Origin: Candidatus Ruthenibacterium merdipullorum
GTDB lineage: Bacteria > Bacillota > Clostridia > Oscillospirales > Ruminococcaceae
NCBI GenBank assembly: GCA_019112665.1
Contig: DXIY01000096.1
Span: 1-50,654, forward strand
DNA length: 50,654 nt
Direction of reading: 5' to 3'
Both the position numbers and the translations under genes were made by a program. Positions 19,177-27,341 of this stretch are shown here, piece after piece; positions within the stretch are counted from its first letter, which is position 1; every line of letters starts with the position of its first letter. A model generated the notes under the pieces. It had not been told where the DNA came from. It did not search any database and was given only the letters and a program-made list of their open reading frames with translations.

Positions 19177-19207
19177 GACAGAAGGGCAAAGCCCGCTTGG
19201 GGCGCTG

Positions 19208-20575
19208 TTAGAAGAGGAAGCCCGCCACCAGGTAAAGCAGCGTTGTCACCCCGGCGCCAATCAGGCAATAGGGCAGCTGCGTGGTGGCATGTTCCATATT
19301 GTCTATTTTCGTCATGCCAGAGGTGAAAATGGTGACATCGCAATAGAAGCAGGCGTGCGCGCCGAACGCCGCGCCCGAAATGACCGCAGAGAGCACCATG
19401 GGCATGTTGCCGCCCACAGAGGCGCACAGCGGAATGACAACGGCCGCCACCGGAAGCGTAGAGCCCCAGTTGGTGCCGGACATGAAAGCCAGCAGCGCGC
19501 AGATTACAAATGTGATGACAGGCAGCAGCGCCGGGCTCATGAACGGCTGGGCAATCGAGATGACATATTCCGGCATGCCAATGGCAATGAGGGAATCGCG
19601 CACCATGTAGGCCGCAAACACAATGACAATCATGGGCACCATGTCGGTGATGCCCTGCATGCAGGCCTTCATCAGCTCGTTCCAGCGCGCCAGCCTCAGT
19701 GCCAGGAACAGCACAAACGCCACGGCGATGGTGACAAGCGAGCCCAACACAACGTCGCCGTTGACAAGCACGATGACAATGAACACCGCCAACGGGATAA
19801 TAAAGCCGGCCAGCAGCTTTTTGGTTTTCACAGAGTCCAGCGGTGCTTCCTCGCCATCGTCCGTATTCAGTGCATCGCTTTCCTCCGAATACAGCCGGCC
19901 GGTGGCCTGTGCGCGTTCATACGCCTTTTTCATGGCGCCCATGGGCTTGAGCACGCCCAGCGCCACCAGCAGGGCAATGGCCACGGACACCCAGCCGTAG
20001 AAGATAAACGGCACGGTGGAATTGTATACGCTCATGCTGTCGCCCAGGGCCGTAACCTCGGCATAGCCCACAAACACAGATTGATAGAAAATGCCCCATG
20101 TGCCAATGGGAATCAGCGCGTTCAGCGGCGAGGCCTGCGCGTCTGTGATATAGCTGAGCATGGCGCGCGGAATTTTGTTTTTATCGTACAGTTTTGTCAT
20201 GGTGCCGCGCACGGCAATGCTGGTGAAATCGTCAATGAACACCAGAATGCCAATCACCCAGGTAAGCAGCAGCGTGCGGCGCTGGTTGGTGGCGTATTTT
20301 TGCAGCTGTTCGGCCAGGGCGCGCGTGGCCCCCGTGTGGGACCAGATGCCCAATACACACCCGAACAGCGCCACAAACAGCACATACCAGATGGTGTCTT
20401 CGTCACAGCCCACTGCATACATCAAATCGATAAACCCGGTAAGAAAGCCGGTTTTATACTGCAGAATGCAGCACAAAAGCGCGCCCGCCAGCAGCGAGGA
20501 CGTGGTGTTTCTAGTTTTCAGCGCCATCAGCAGAATGACAATGGGCGGCAACAGCGTCAGAATGCCAAGTTCCAT
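19208..20575 (-). CDS. NhaC/ArcD-like (IT superfamily) transporter, paralog 1
   Basis: Polytopic hydrophobic protein with FIDDF, YITD..ASP, GTNWG and GAAFGAH motifs; last gene of the carbamoyltransferase-deiminase operon. Confidence 0.85.
   Translation of the reverse strand: MELGILTLLPPIVILLMALKTRNTTSSLLAGALLCCILQYKTGFLTGFIDLMYAVGCDEDTIWYVLFVALFGCVLGIWSHTGATRALAEQLQKYATNQRRTLLLTWVIGILVFIDDFTSIAVRGTMTKLYDKNKIPRAMLSYITDAQASPLNALIPIGTWGIFYQSVFVGYAEVTALGDSMSVYNSTVPFIFYGWVSVAIALLVALGVLKPMGAMKKAYERAQATGRLYSEESDALNTDDGEEAPLDSVKTKKLLAGFIIPLAVFIVIVLVNGDVVLGSLVTIAVAFVLFLALRLARWNELMKACMQGITDMVPMIVIVFAAYMVRDSLIAIGMPEYVISIAQPFMSPALLPVITFVICALLAFMSGTNWGSTLPVAAVVIPLCASVGGNMPMVLSAVISGAAFGAHACFYCDVTIFTSGMTKIDNMEHATTQLPYCLIGAGVTTLLYLVAGFLF
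19577..19634. repeat. 58-bp tract identical (inverted) to 25144-25201
   Basis: Reverse complement matches 25144-25201 base for base (codons MIVIVFAAYMVRDSLIAIG). Confidence 0.9.
20418..20482. repeat. 65-bp tract identical (inverted) to 24293-24357
   Basis: Reverse complement GCGCTTTTGTGCTGCATTCTGCAGTATAAAACCGGCTTTCTTACCGGGTTTATCGATTTGATGTA matches 24293-24357 exactly. Confidence 0.92.
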
Positions 20576-20638
20576 ACTCTCCTCCTCTTTCTCAAGGTTC
20601 CGGCGGGGTTTTGCGGCCCCGCCGGGCATTGTGCACGT

Positions 20639-21769
20639 TTACTTCACAACCTGCTGGGTAAAGCAGTGAATAGAGCCGCCGCACAGCGCAATTTCGTGCG
20701 CGTTCACCGGGCGCACCACATAGCGGCCCGCCACAATTTCTTCCAGGCACTTTACGGCCTCTTCGTCCGTATCCAGCCCATAGATGGGGAAGATGATAGA
20801 GCCGTTGGTGATGAGGAAGTTTGCATAACTGGGCACGGCGAAATCGCCCTCTTTGCGCCACTTGCCGTCCGGGTTCTGGCCCACGCCCTGGGACACCAGC
20901 ACGTTTTCCGCCTCTTCTTTTGTAATGCGGAACGGCTTGCACGCCGTGAGCTTGTGCACCTTCAGCTTGCGGCCCTTTGCATCGGTGGAGTTGCACAATA
21001 TCTCATAGCAGTTTTTGAACACTTTGTAGTACTCGTTGGTGGGGTCCTCGGTGTAGCAGCACACCACCTCGGCGGGCCCAATAAACGAGCAGATGTCATC
21101 CACATGGCCGTCTGTCTCGCCCGCGTTCAAATCGATGCCCTCGTTCAGCCAAATAACCTTTTCAAAGCCCAGGTAGGTTTTCAGCTTTTCCTCAATTTGC
21201 TGCCGGGTAAGGCCGGGGTTGCGGTTCGGGTTCAGCAGGCAGCTTTCGGTGGTAATCACCGTGCCCTCGCCGTCCGCGATAATAGAGCCGCCCTCCAGCA
21301 CAAAGGTGGTTTTGTAGCGGTCGTGCCCGGTGGCCTGCAGCATCTTGCGCGCGGCCAAATCGTCGTTGGCATAGCTGATCATGGCGCCGTTGGAATCGCC
21401 GCCCCAGGCATTGAATTTGAAATCCACCCCGCGCACTTCGCCCGTTTTGCGGTTCTTCACATAGATGGCGCCGCTGTCGCGCGGCCAGCAGTTATCCAGC
21501 GACATCTCGTAAATGGATACATCCAGCCCGGCGAAGATATACTCTGTCTCCAGGTACAGGTCGTTGGGCACGCCAATGTTCACATGGGTGCCGGCGGCAT
21601 TGATGGCCTTGGCCAGGTTCACCTGGGTTTCGCGAATTTTAAACCCGCCGTTGTGCCAGTGTGAGTAGGCGCCGCCCACCAGCAGCCACACGGCCGACTG
21701 CGGCTCGAACTCTGCGGGCATCACAAAGCCGTCCTCATAGGGCAGCGTTTTCAGCAAATGCGATGACAT
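20639..21769 (-). CDS. Agmatine deiminase-family (PAD_porph) guanidino-group hydrolase, divergent
   Basis: MPAEFEP, W.RD.G, FNAWGG, LEGGS, ETDGHVDD, SYANF and GGSIHCFTQQ (catalytic Cys) motifs. Confidence 0.9.
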   Translation of the reverse strand: MSSHLLKTLPYEDGFVMPAEFEPQSAVWLLVGGAYSHWHNGGFKIRETQVNLAKAINAAGTHVNIGVPNDLYLETEYIFAGLDVSIYEMSLDNCWPRDSGAIYVKNRKTGEVRGVDFKFNAWGGDSNGAMISYANDDLAARKMLQATGHDRYKTTFVLEGGSIIADGEGTVITTESCLLNPNRNPGLTRQQIEEKLKTYLGFEKVIWLNEGIDLNAGETDGHVDDICSFIGPAEVVCCYTEDPTNEYYKVFKNCYEILCNSTDAKGRKLKVHKLTACKPFRITKEEAENVLVSQGVGQNPDGKWRKEGDFAVPSYANFLITNGSIIFPIYGLDTDEEAVKCLEEIVAGRYVVRPVNAHEIALCGGSIHCFTQQVVK

Positions 21770-21827
21770 ATTCCATCCAACCTTTCTTGCATTTTATACT
21801 GCCGGGCGCGCGGCGCCCGGCCCTGGT

Positions 21828-22937
21828 TCAACGTGTTGCATGCGTGAGCTGTGTGCCGAATTTTTTGTTCATGTAATCGATCTTCTCCCGCACAATCGCG
21901 CCCTCTTCCGTCAGCTCGGCCTGGCTGGGCTGGCTGGAGCGCGGGCCCATCAGGTATGCCATCAGGCCGCGCTGAGTGTGCAGGCGGTTCTCGGCCTGCT
22001 GCCACAAAAGCGAGCCCTCAAAATCCATGGCGTAATCGTCCATCTCTTTGCCGCGCAGCGCGGGCAGGTAATGCATGGTTTTGGCGCCCGGGCAGTGTGC
22101 AAGCAGCTCTTTGTTCACCTGGAAGCCCTTGTCAAGGAACACCTCCTGGAAATATTCAAAATCGCTTTTGCTTTCGGTGCCCTCATAGCAGAAGCAGCCG
22201 GTGTACACAAAGTCTGCCGCCTGCACGGCCTCTACGGGGTCGTGGGTGGTGAGGATGCGGCCGCCGCCCTCTTTCACCGCCTGCTCGCGGCAGATAAGGT
22301 TGCGCTGAATCATCCATTCCGGGTTGTTATCCTTCTCACCGCCCAGCGTGTGCCCCTCGGGGCTGCACAGCACCACAGTGGCGCCAAAGCGCGGCAGCAG
22401 CTTGGCAAGGTCGTTGGCAGAGGTTTCGCGCACGCCGGTGGCACCCACAAAGGCCAGGCGGATATCTTTCAGCTCTTTGCCCTCGGGCAAATGCTCCAGA
22501 ATGGTGACAAAGTCGCACAAAGTCTGCGTCGGGTGGCGGGTATGGTCCATGCCGTTGAAAAACGGCACGCTGCACTGGGCCACAAACTCTTCCATCTCTT
22601 TGGTGTTGCGCCAGCGCATGGCAATGCCGTCCACCATGCTGGAGACAACGCGCGCGGTGTCGCCAATGGTTTCGCGTTTGCCCAGGTGCAGCTCGCCCTC
22701 TGGCCCGCCCGTGAGGAACAGGGCGTGCGCGCCCAGCTGCTGGGCGGCCACCTCGAAGGAGATGCGCGTGCGCGTAGAGTTTCCGTTAAAAATCATGGCA
22801 ATCGATTGCCCCTGAAGCAGCTTGGGCACCGTGCCCTCGTACGCGTCCTTTTTCAGACGGCGAATCAGGTCTGCCAGTGCCAGAAGTTCCTCGGTGGAGT
22901 AATCCCAGCAATCCATAAAGTGTTTTACCGGTTTCAT
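21828..22937 (-). CDS. Putrescine-carbamoyltransferase-like transcarbamylase with altered acceptor site
   Basis: STRTR, HPTQ, EHLPEGK and QAENRLH motifs are present, but it has FVGA, YTGCFCY and HYLP instead of FVGD, YTDVW and HCLP. Confidence 0.85.
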   Translation of the reverse strand: MKPVKHFMDCWDYSTEELLALADLIRRLKKDAYEGTVPKLLQGQSIAMIFNGNSTRTRISFEVAAQQLGAHALFLTGGPEGELHLGKRETIGDTARVVSSMVDGIAMRWRNTKEMEEFVAQCSVPFFNGMDHTRHPTQTLCDFVTILEHLPEGKELKDIRLAFVGATGVRETSANDLAKLLPRFGATVVLCSPEGHTLGGEKDNNPEWMIQRNLICREQAVKEGGGRILTTHDPVEAVQAADFVYTGCFCYEGTESKSDFEYFQEVFLDKGFQVNKELLAHCPGAKTMHYLPALRGKEMDDYAMDFEGSLLWQQAENRLHTQRGLMAYLMGPRSSQPSQAELTEEGAIVREKIDYMNKKFGTQLTHATR

Positions 22938-22999
22938 AAATACAGCAACCCCGTTTCTTGTGTTGTTCCAGGCTGGTGCATTGCTCAGCCTGCGCTTTT

Positions 23000-23137
23000 A
23001 TTCTAACGGATGCATTTTCATGTTACAATTACACAGAATTATGATGTTGATATAACAATTTTTAGTTAAAACATCTTATAATTTCTCTTGTAATGCTCAT
23101 CTTTTTTCTTGACAAGGCCTGGTAACCTTGGTAGCAT
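23000..23137. promoter_or_regulatory. Divergent promoters for the carbamoyltransferase operon (-) and the LuxR-type regulator (+)
   Basis: Minus: TTGTAA (23023-23028), 17 bp, TAGAAT. Plus: TTGACA (23109-23114), 17 bp, TAGCAT (23132-23137) with an extended TG. The region is AT-rich. Confidence 0.6.
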
Positions 23138-23218
23138 AAACCTGTTGAAAATTTTTTGAAGCAGGGTTTGCACGGTGTGCAACGCCCGTTTTAATCGGTA
23201 AAAAAGGGGTGTCGAACT

Positions 23219-23989
23219 ATGGAGCACAGCATCAACAGCGCACAGTGGTATCAGTTGGACGAATTGACCGCCACCATTTACAACACGTCATTCGACCACT
23301 TGTTTGAAGTTGTTTTGAAGGGTATCAAGCAGCTGGTGCCGTACTCGCATTCGCTTACCTACCTGCTTCGAAGCGAGGACGGGTTGAACGTGAGCTTTAA
23401 TTTTAAAAGCGACGAGATCCCGCCCGAGCATTTGCGCCTGTACCTGGATAAATATTCCCGGCTGGATTTCATCAACTGGTACACCGGCACCTGCGCGGCC
23501 GAGGTGTTCCGCGAGTCGGACATTCTTCCCAACGACCTGCGGGAACGCTCTATTTTTATGAAGAACTGGATGGAGCCCATTGGCCTGTACCACGGCGCGG
23601 GCATGGTGATTTGGTGCAAGGGCATTTCATACGGCTCTATTTTTCTTTACCGCCCCAAGGACGCCGAAGATTTTTCCGGCCAGGAGCTGGAAGTGCTGCG
23701 CGTAATAAACCGCCATTTGTGCCTGCGCGCCCACGCGCTATACCCAAACGGCCTGGGGCAGATGTTTGTGCAGCAGGGCGCAGGCGACGGGGCCGTGCTT
23801 TCTGTCACCTGCCTGACAAAGCGCGAGCGCGAGATCATCGACTGCATCCGCAACCATGTGCTGCGCAGCGAGCTGTGCGACAAGCTTTTTATCACAGAAA
23901 ATACGCTGAACAAACATTTTGACAACATTTATAAAAAGCTGAACATCAATTCTTATGAAGAGCTGCTGCAGCTTATCAAAAAAAGGTGA
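23219..23989 (+). CDS. LuxR-family HTH transcriptional regulator with soluble N-terminal sensor domain
   Basis: C-terminal LTKREREII...LCDKLFITENTLNKHFDNIYKKLNI; GAF-like N-terminus (LYRPKDAEDFSGQELEVL); no TM helices. Confidence 0.85.
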   Translation: MEHSINSAQWYQLDELTATIYNTSFDHLFEVVLKGIKQLVPYSHSLTYLLRSEDGLNVSFNFKSDEIPPEHLRLYLDKYSRLDFINWYTGTCAAEVFRESDILPNDLRERSIFMKNWMEPIGLYHGAGMVIWCKGISYGSIFLYRPKDAEDFSGQELEVLRVINRHLCLRAHALYPNGLGQMFVQQGAGDGAVLSVTCLTKREREIIDCIRNHVLRSELCDKLFITENTLNKHFDNIYKKLNINSYEELLQLIKKR

Positions 23990-24002
23990 CGTAACGCACC
24001 GC

Positions 24003-24037
24003 GCCCCGGGCTTTTGCTGCCCGGGGCCTTATTTTTT
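24003..24037 (+). terminator. Intrinsic terminator after the LuxR gene
   Basis: GCCCCGGGC-loop-GCCCGGGGC followed by TTATTTTTT. Confidence 0.75.
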
Positions 24038-24199
24038 ACCGTGCTGCATTTTTACAAATTCTTGTAATGCGCCCGGCATAAAAATAACAGGATTCTGGAA
24101 TTGATTGTTCCCGCCGCTGGATATACCATATCAAGAGAAGGGGCAATTCGCAAAAAAATATGGGCTTTTTGCCAGATGAACAAAGGGGATGAGGCTTTT

Positions 24200-25573
24200 A
24201 TGGAACTTGGAGCATGGACACTTCTGCCGCCTTTAGTGATTATTGTCATGGCCATCAAAACCAAAAGCACAACCTCCTCGCTGGTGGCGGGTGCGCTTTT
24301 GTGCTGCATTCTGCAGTATAAAACCGGCTTTCTTACCGGGTTTATCGATTTGATGTACTCGGTGGGCTGCAACGAGGACACCGTGTGGTATGCCCTGTTT
24401 GTGGCGCTGTTCGGCTGCATTCTGGGCATCTGGTCTTCCACCGGGGCCACCGGCGCGGTGGCGGATAAACTGATGAAGTTTGCCACCACACAGCGCCGCA
24501 CGCTGGTGCTTTCCTGGCTGGTGGGCATTCTGCTGTTTATTGACGATTTCACCAGCATCGCCGTGCGCGGCACCATGACAAAGCTGTATGATAAAAACAA
24601 AATTCCGCGCGCCATGTTGGCGTATATTGCCGATTCCACCGCCTCACCCATGTGCATCCTGATTCCGTTCGGCACCTGGGCCATTTTTTATCAATCTGTG
24701 TTCGCGGGCTACCCCGAGGTAACCGCCTTGGGCAGCCCCATGGAAGTATACATCCGCACCATTCCCTACCTGTTTTACGGCTGGGCCGCACTGCTCATTC
24801 CCCTGCTGCTTTCGCTGGGCGTGTTGCCTCAGGTTGGCGCCATGAAAAAAGCCTACCAGCGCGCACAGGCTACCGGTGAGCTGTATGGCCCCGAAAGCCG
24901 CGCGCTGAACAGCGGCAGCGAAGACGCCCCCGCCGCAGAAAGCGGCACCGGCAGCTTTAAGCAGGTGGCATGCTTTCTGGTGCCGCTGGGCTGCTTTATT
25001 GCGGCCGTGCTGGCCACGAGCGATGTGATTATTGCCTGCATGCTCACCCTGGCCGTTCTGGTGGCCATGTGCCTTGTGATGCGGGTTGCCGGCTGGGGGC
25101 AGATGATGGGCGCCTGCATGAACGGCATCAAAGATATGACCAGCATGATTGTCATTGTGTTTGCGGCCTACATGGTGCGCGATTCCCTCATTGCCATTGG
25201 CCTGCCGGAATATGTGGTGGCTGTGGCCCGCCCGTTTATGAGCCCGGAGCTTTTGCCCCTTATCACCTTTATCGCCTGCACCATCCTCACCTTTGCCTCG
25301 GGCAGCAACTGGGGCGCCACGCTGGCCGTGGCTGCCATTGTCATTCCGCTTTGCGCCGCCCTGCAGGGGAACATGATTTTGGTGCTGGCGGCCATTGTTT
25401 CGGGCGCCGCGTTTGGCGCGCATGTGTGCTTTTACTGTGATGTGACGGTGTTTACCTCTGGCATGACGAAGATAGATAACATCGAGCACGCCGTTACACA
25501 GCTGCCCTACGGGCTGCTTGGCATGGCCGTAAGCTGCGTGGGGTACCTGCTGGCAGGTTTTCTTCTGCACTAG
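24200..25573 (+). CDS. NhaC/ArcD-like transporter, paralog 2
   Basis: Colinear close homolog of 19208-20575 (MELGAWTLLPP..., FIDDFTSIAVRGTMTKLYDKNKIPRAML); own putative promoter TTGATT-17-TACCAT at 24101-24129. Confidence 0.87.
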   Translation: MELGAWTLLPPLVIIVMAIKTKSTTSSLVAGALLCCILQYKTGFLTGFIDLMYSVGCNEDTVWYALFVALFGCILGIWSSTGATGAVADKLMKFATTQRRTLVLSWLVGILLFIDDFTSIAVRGTMTKLYDKNKIPRAMLAYIADSTASPMCILIPFGTWAIFYQSVFAGYPEVTALGSPMEVYIRTIPYLFYGWAALLIPLLLSLGVLPQVGAMKKAYQRAQATGELYGPESRALNSGSEDAPAAESGTGSFKQVACFLVPLGCFIAAVLATSDVIIACMLTLAVLVAMCLVMRVAGWGQMMGACMNGIKDMTSMIVIVFAAYMVRDSLIAIGLPEYVVAVARPFMSPELLPLITFIACTILTFASGSNWGATLAVAAIVIPLCAALQGNMILVLAAIVSGAAFGAHVCFYCDVTVFTSGMTKIDNIEHAVTQLPYGLLGMAVSCVGYLLAGFLLH

Positions 25574-25599
25574 GCCCCGGCCTTTTCTGCAAAACACCG

Positions 25600-25639
25600 G
25601 CCCGGCCCGCTTTTTTGGCGGGCCGGGCTTTGTTTTTTT
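25600..25639 (+). terminator. Intrinsic terminator
   Basis: GCCCGGCCCGC/GCGGGCCGGGC stem followed by a T-rich tail. Confidence 0.8.
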
Positions 25640-25729
25640 CGCCCAGGGGGGCCTGTGCCCTTGCATTTCTGCGAAGGCGTAGTACAATAAGACAGTGTCA
25701 TGCAACAATATGGAAGGGAGATGCCCCTT

Positions 25730-27097
25730 ATGCCGGGGAGCGAACAGGGCGCCAGCCGCCCCCTTTTCACGCGCAGCGAGCTGCTGCGCCTTATTATTCC
25801 GCTTGTAATTGAACAGCTTCTGCTGATGACGGTGGGCATGGCAGACACGGTGATGGTGACCACCTCCGGTGAGGCCGCCGTGTCTGGCGTGTCGCTGGTG
25901 GATAATATCAACACACTCATCATTCAGATCTTCTCCGCCCTTTCCACCGGCGGCGCCGTGGTGGTGGCCCAGTACCTGGGCCGCCGGGAGGCCGGCAACG
26001 CAAAGCTTGCCTCCAAGCAGCTTTTGTACACCATGACCGCGGTGTCTGTGTTTCTGATGGCTGCCGCCCTTCTTTTCCGCCAGCACATTTTAAGCCTGAT
26101 TTTCGGCCATGTAGAGGCAGACGTGATGGAAAGCGCCCTGATGTATTTTCTGATTACCGCGGCCGCCTACCCCTTCATGGGCGTATACAACGCGGGCTCG
26201 GCGCTGTTCCGGGCCATGGGCAACAGCAGCGTTTCCATGTTCTGCTCTTTGGTGGTGAATGTCATCAACATTGCCGTCAACGCCATTTTCATCTACGGCT
26301 TTGGCATGGGCGCGGCCGGGGCGGGCATTGGCACGCTGGCCTCGCGCATTGCCGCCGCCATCATCATTATGGTCATGCTGAACCACAAAAGCAACGCCGT
26401 GCGCGTGGAGGGTGTGTTCCACCTTGAATTCCGAGGCGACATGATTAAGCGCATTCTGTTCGTGGGCATTCCCAACGGGCTGGAAAACGGCATGTTCCAG
26501 GCGGGCAAGCTGGTGGTGCTGAACCTGATTGCCACCTTTGGCACCTCGGCCGTGGCGGCCAACGCCATTGCCAACAGCATTGCCGGCGTGGTGAACGTGC
26601 CGGGCACGGCCATTGGCCTTTCCATCATTACGGTGATTGGCCGCTGCATGGGCGCGGGCGAGACAGGCCAGGCCGCACATTACACAAAGCGGCTGGTGGG
26701 CGCCAGCTATGTGTGCATGCTGGTGATGAGCACGGGCATGTTCCTGTTTGCCGACACGCTGGTTTCGTGGTTCAACCTCACCCCGCAGGCCGTGCAGATG
26801 GCCGGGCAGGTGCTGCGGGCATGCGCGGTGGGCAACGTGCTGTTCTGGCCCATGGCTTTCACCCTGCCAAACTCGCTGCGCGCCGCGGGCGACGCCGTGT
26901 TCACCATGGGCGTTTCGCTGTGCAGCATGTTCGCATGCCGCGTGGCCCTCAGCTATGTGATGGCCTGTGAATGGGGCCTGGGGCTTGGCCTGCTGGGTGT
27001 GTGGCTGGCCATGATTGCCGACTGGGTGGCGCGCGCCGTGCTGTTCTTTGTGCGCTACCGTCAGGGCAAGTGGAAAAAAATCAAAGTCATCGGCTGA
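25730..27097 (+). CDS. MATE family efflux transporter
   Basis: P..IEQLL...GMADTVMV, GEAAVSGVSLVD, AQYLG, RAMGNS and LRAAGD motifs; start uncertain (25700/25721/25730). Confidence 0.9.
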   Translation: MPGSEQGASRPLFTRSELLRLIIPLVIEQLLLMTVGMADTVMVTTSGEAAVSGVSLVDNINTLIIQIFSALSTGGAVVVAQYLGRREAGNAKLASKQLLYTMTAVSVFLMAAALLFRQHILSLIFGHVEADVMESALMYFLITAAAYPFMGVYNAGSALFRAMGNSSVSMFCSLVVNVINIAVNAIFIYGFGMGAAGAGIGTLASRIAAAIIIMVMLNHKSNAVRVEGVFHLEFRGDMIKRILFVGIPNGLENGMFQAGKLVVLNLIATFGTSAVAANAIANSIAGVVNVPGTAIGLSIITVIGRCMGAGETGQAAHYTKRLVGASYVCMLVMSTGMFLFADTLVSWFNLTPQAVQMAGQVLRACAVGNVLFWPMAFTLPNSLRAAGDAVFTMGVSLCSMFACRVALSYVMACEWGLGLGLLGVWLAMIADWVARAVLFFVRYRQGKWKKIKVIG

Positions 27098-27164
27098 ATG
27101 CCCGCCCCGGCGCCAGAGGTGCGCAGAGTGCCCGCCGGGCGGCGCAATGCCAGCTTTCAAACAC

Positions 27165-27218
27165 AACACGCCCGCTGTGCGGCCCTGGGTTGGGCCGCAC
27201 AGCGGGCGTGTTTGTTTT
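27165..27218. terminator. Long bidirectional hairpin between convergent genes
   Basis: 21-bp perfect stem AACACGCCCGCTGTGCGGCCC / GGGCCGCACAGCGGGCGTGTT with a 6-nt loop and T-rich 3' side. Confidence 0.8.
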
Positions 27219-27341
27219 GTGTTGAGCCGCCGCATACAAACAGCGGGCGGCCGGCAAAAGCGCCAAAACGCTCGTTCGCATTCTTTTCGCAACAGGATGG
27301 GGCTGCGCTTACAAAGCACCGCCGAAGCGGCGCAGCGCGCC

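Noticed and set aside
19175-21664. 829-aa plus-strand ORF and other very long antisense ORFs (8722-10308, 10847-12817, 28830-30545, 33530-35209, 40291-42636, 42486-45110)
   Set aside because: Shadow frames of well-supported genes on the opposite strand, expected at high GC3; no recognisable motifs or RBS.
22938-23000. Possible guanidine riboswitch in the carbamoyltransferase leader
   Set aside because: Only one short hairpin (CAGGCTG/CAGCCTG) is visible; no twin ACGR loops or ykkC features by eye. An Rfam scan would be decisive.
25730-27097. MATE transporter as part of the deiminase system
   Set aside because: Separated by a strong terminator and has its own putative promoter (TTGCAT-16-TACAAT at 25661-25688); a common clostridial MATE type.
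27098-27341. Possible sRNA or MITE in the hairpin-rich gap
   Set aside because: Explained by a bidirectional terminator plus GC-rich chance stems; no promoter, target duplication or second copy in the window.
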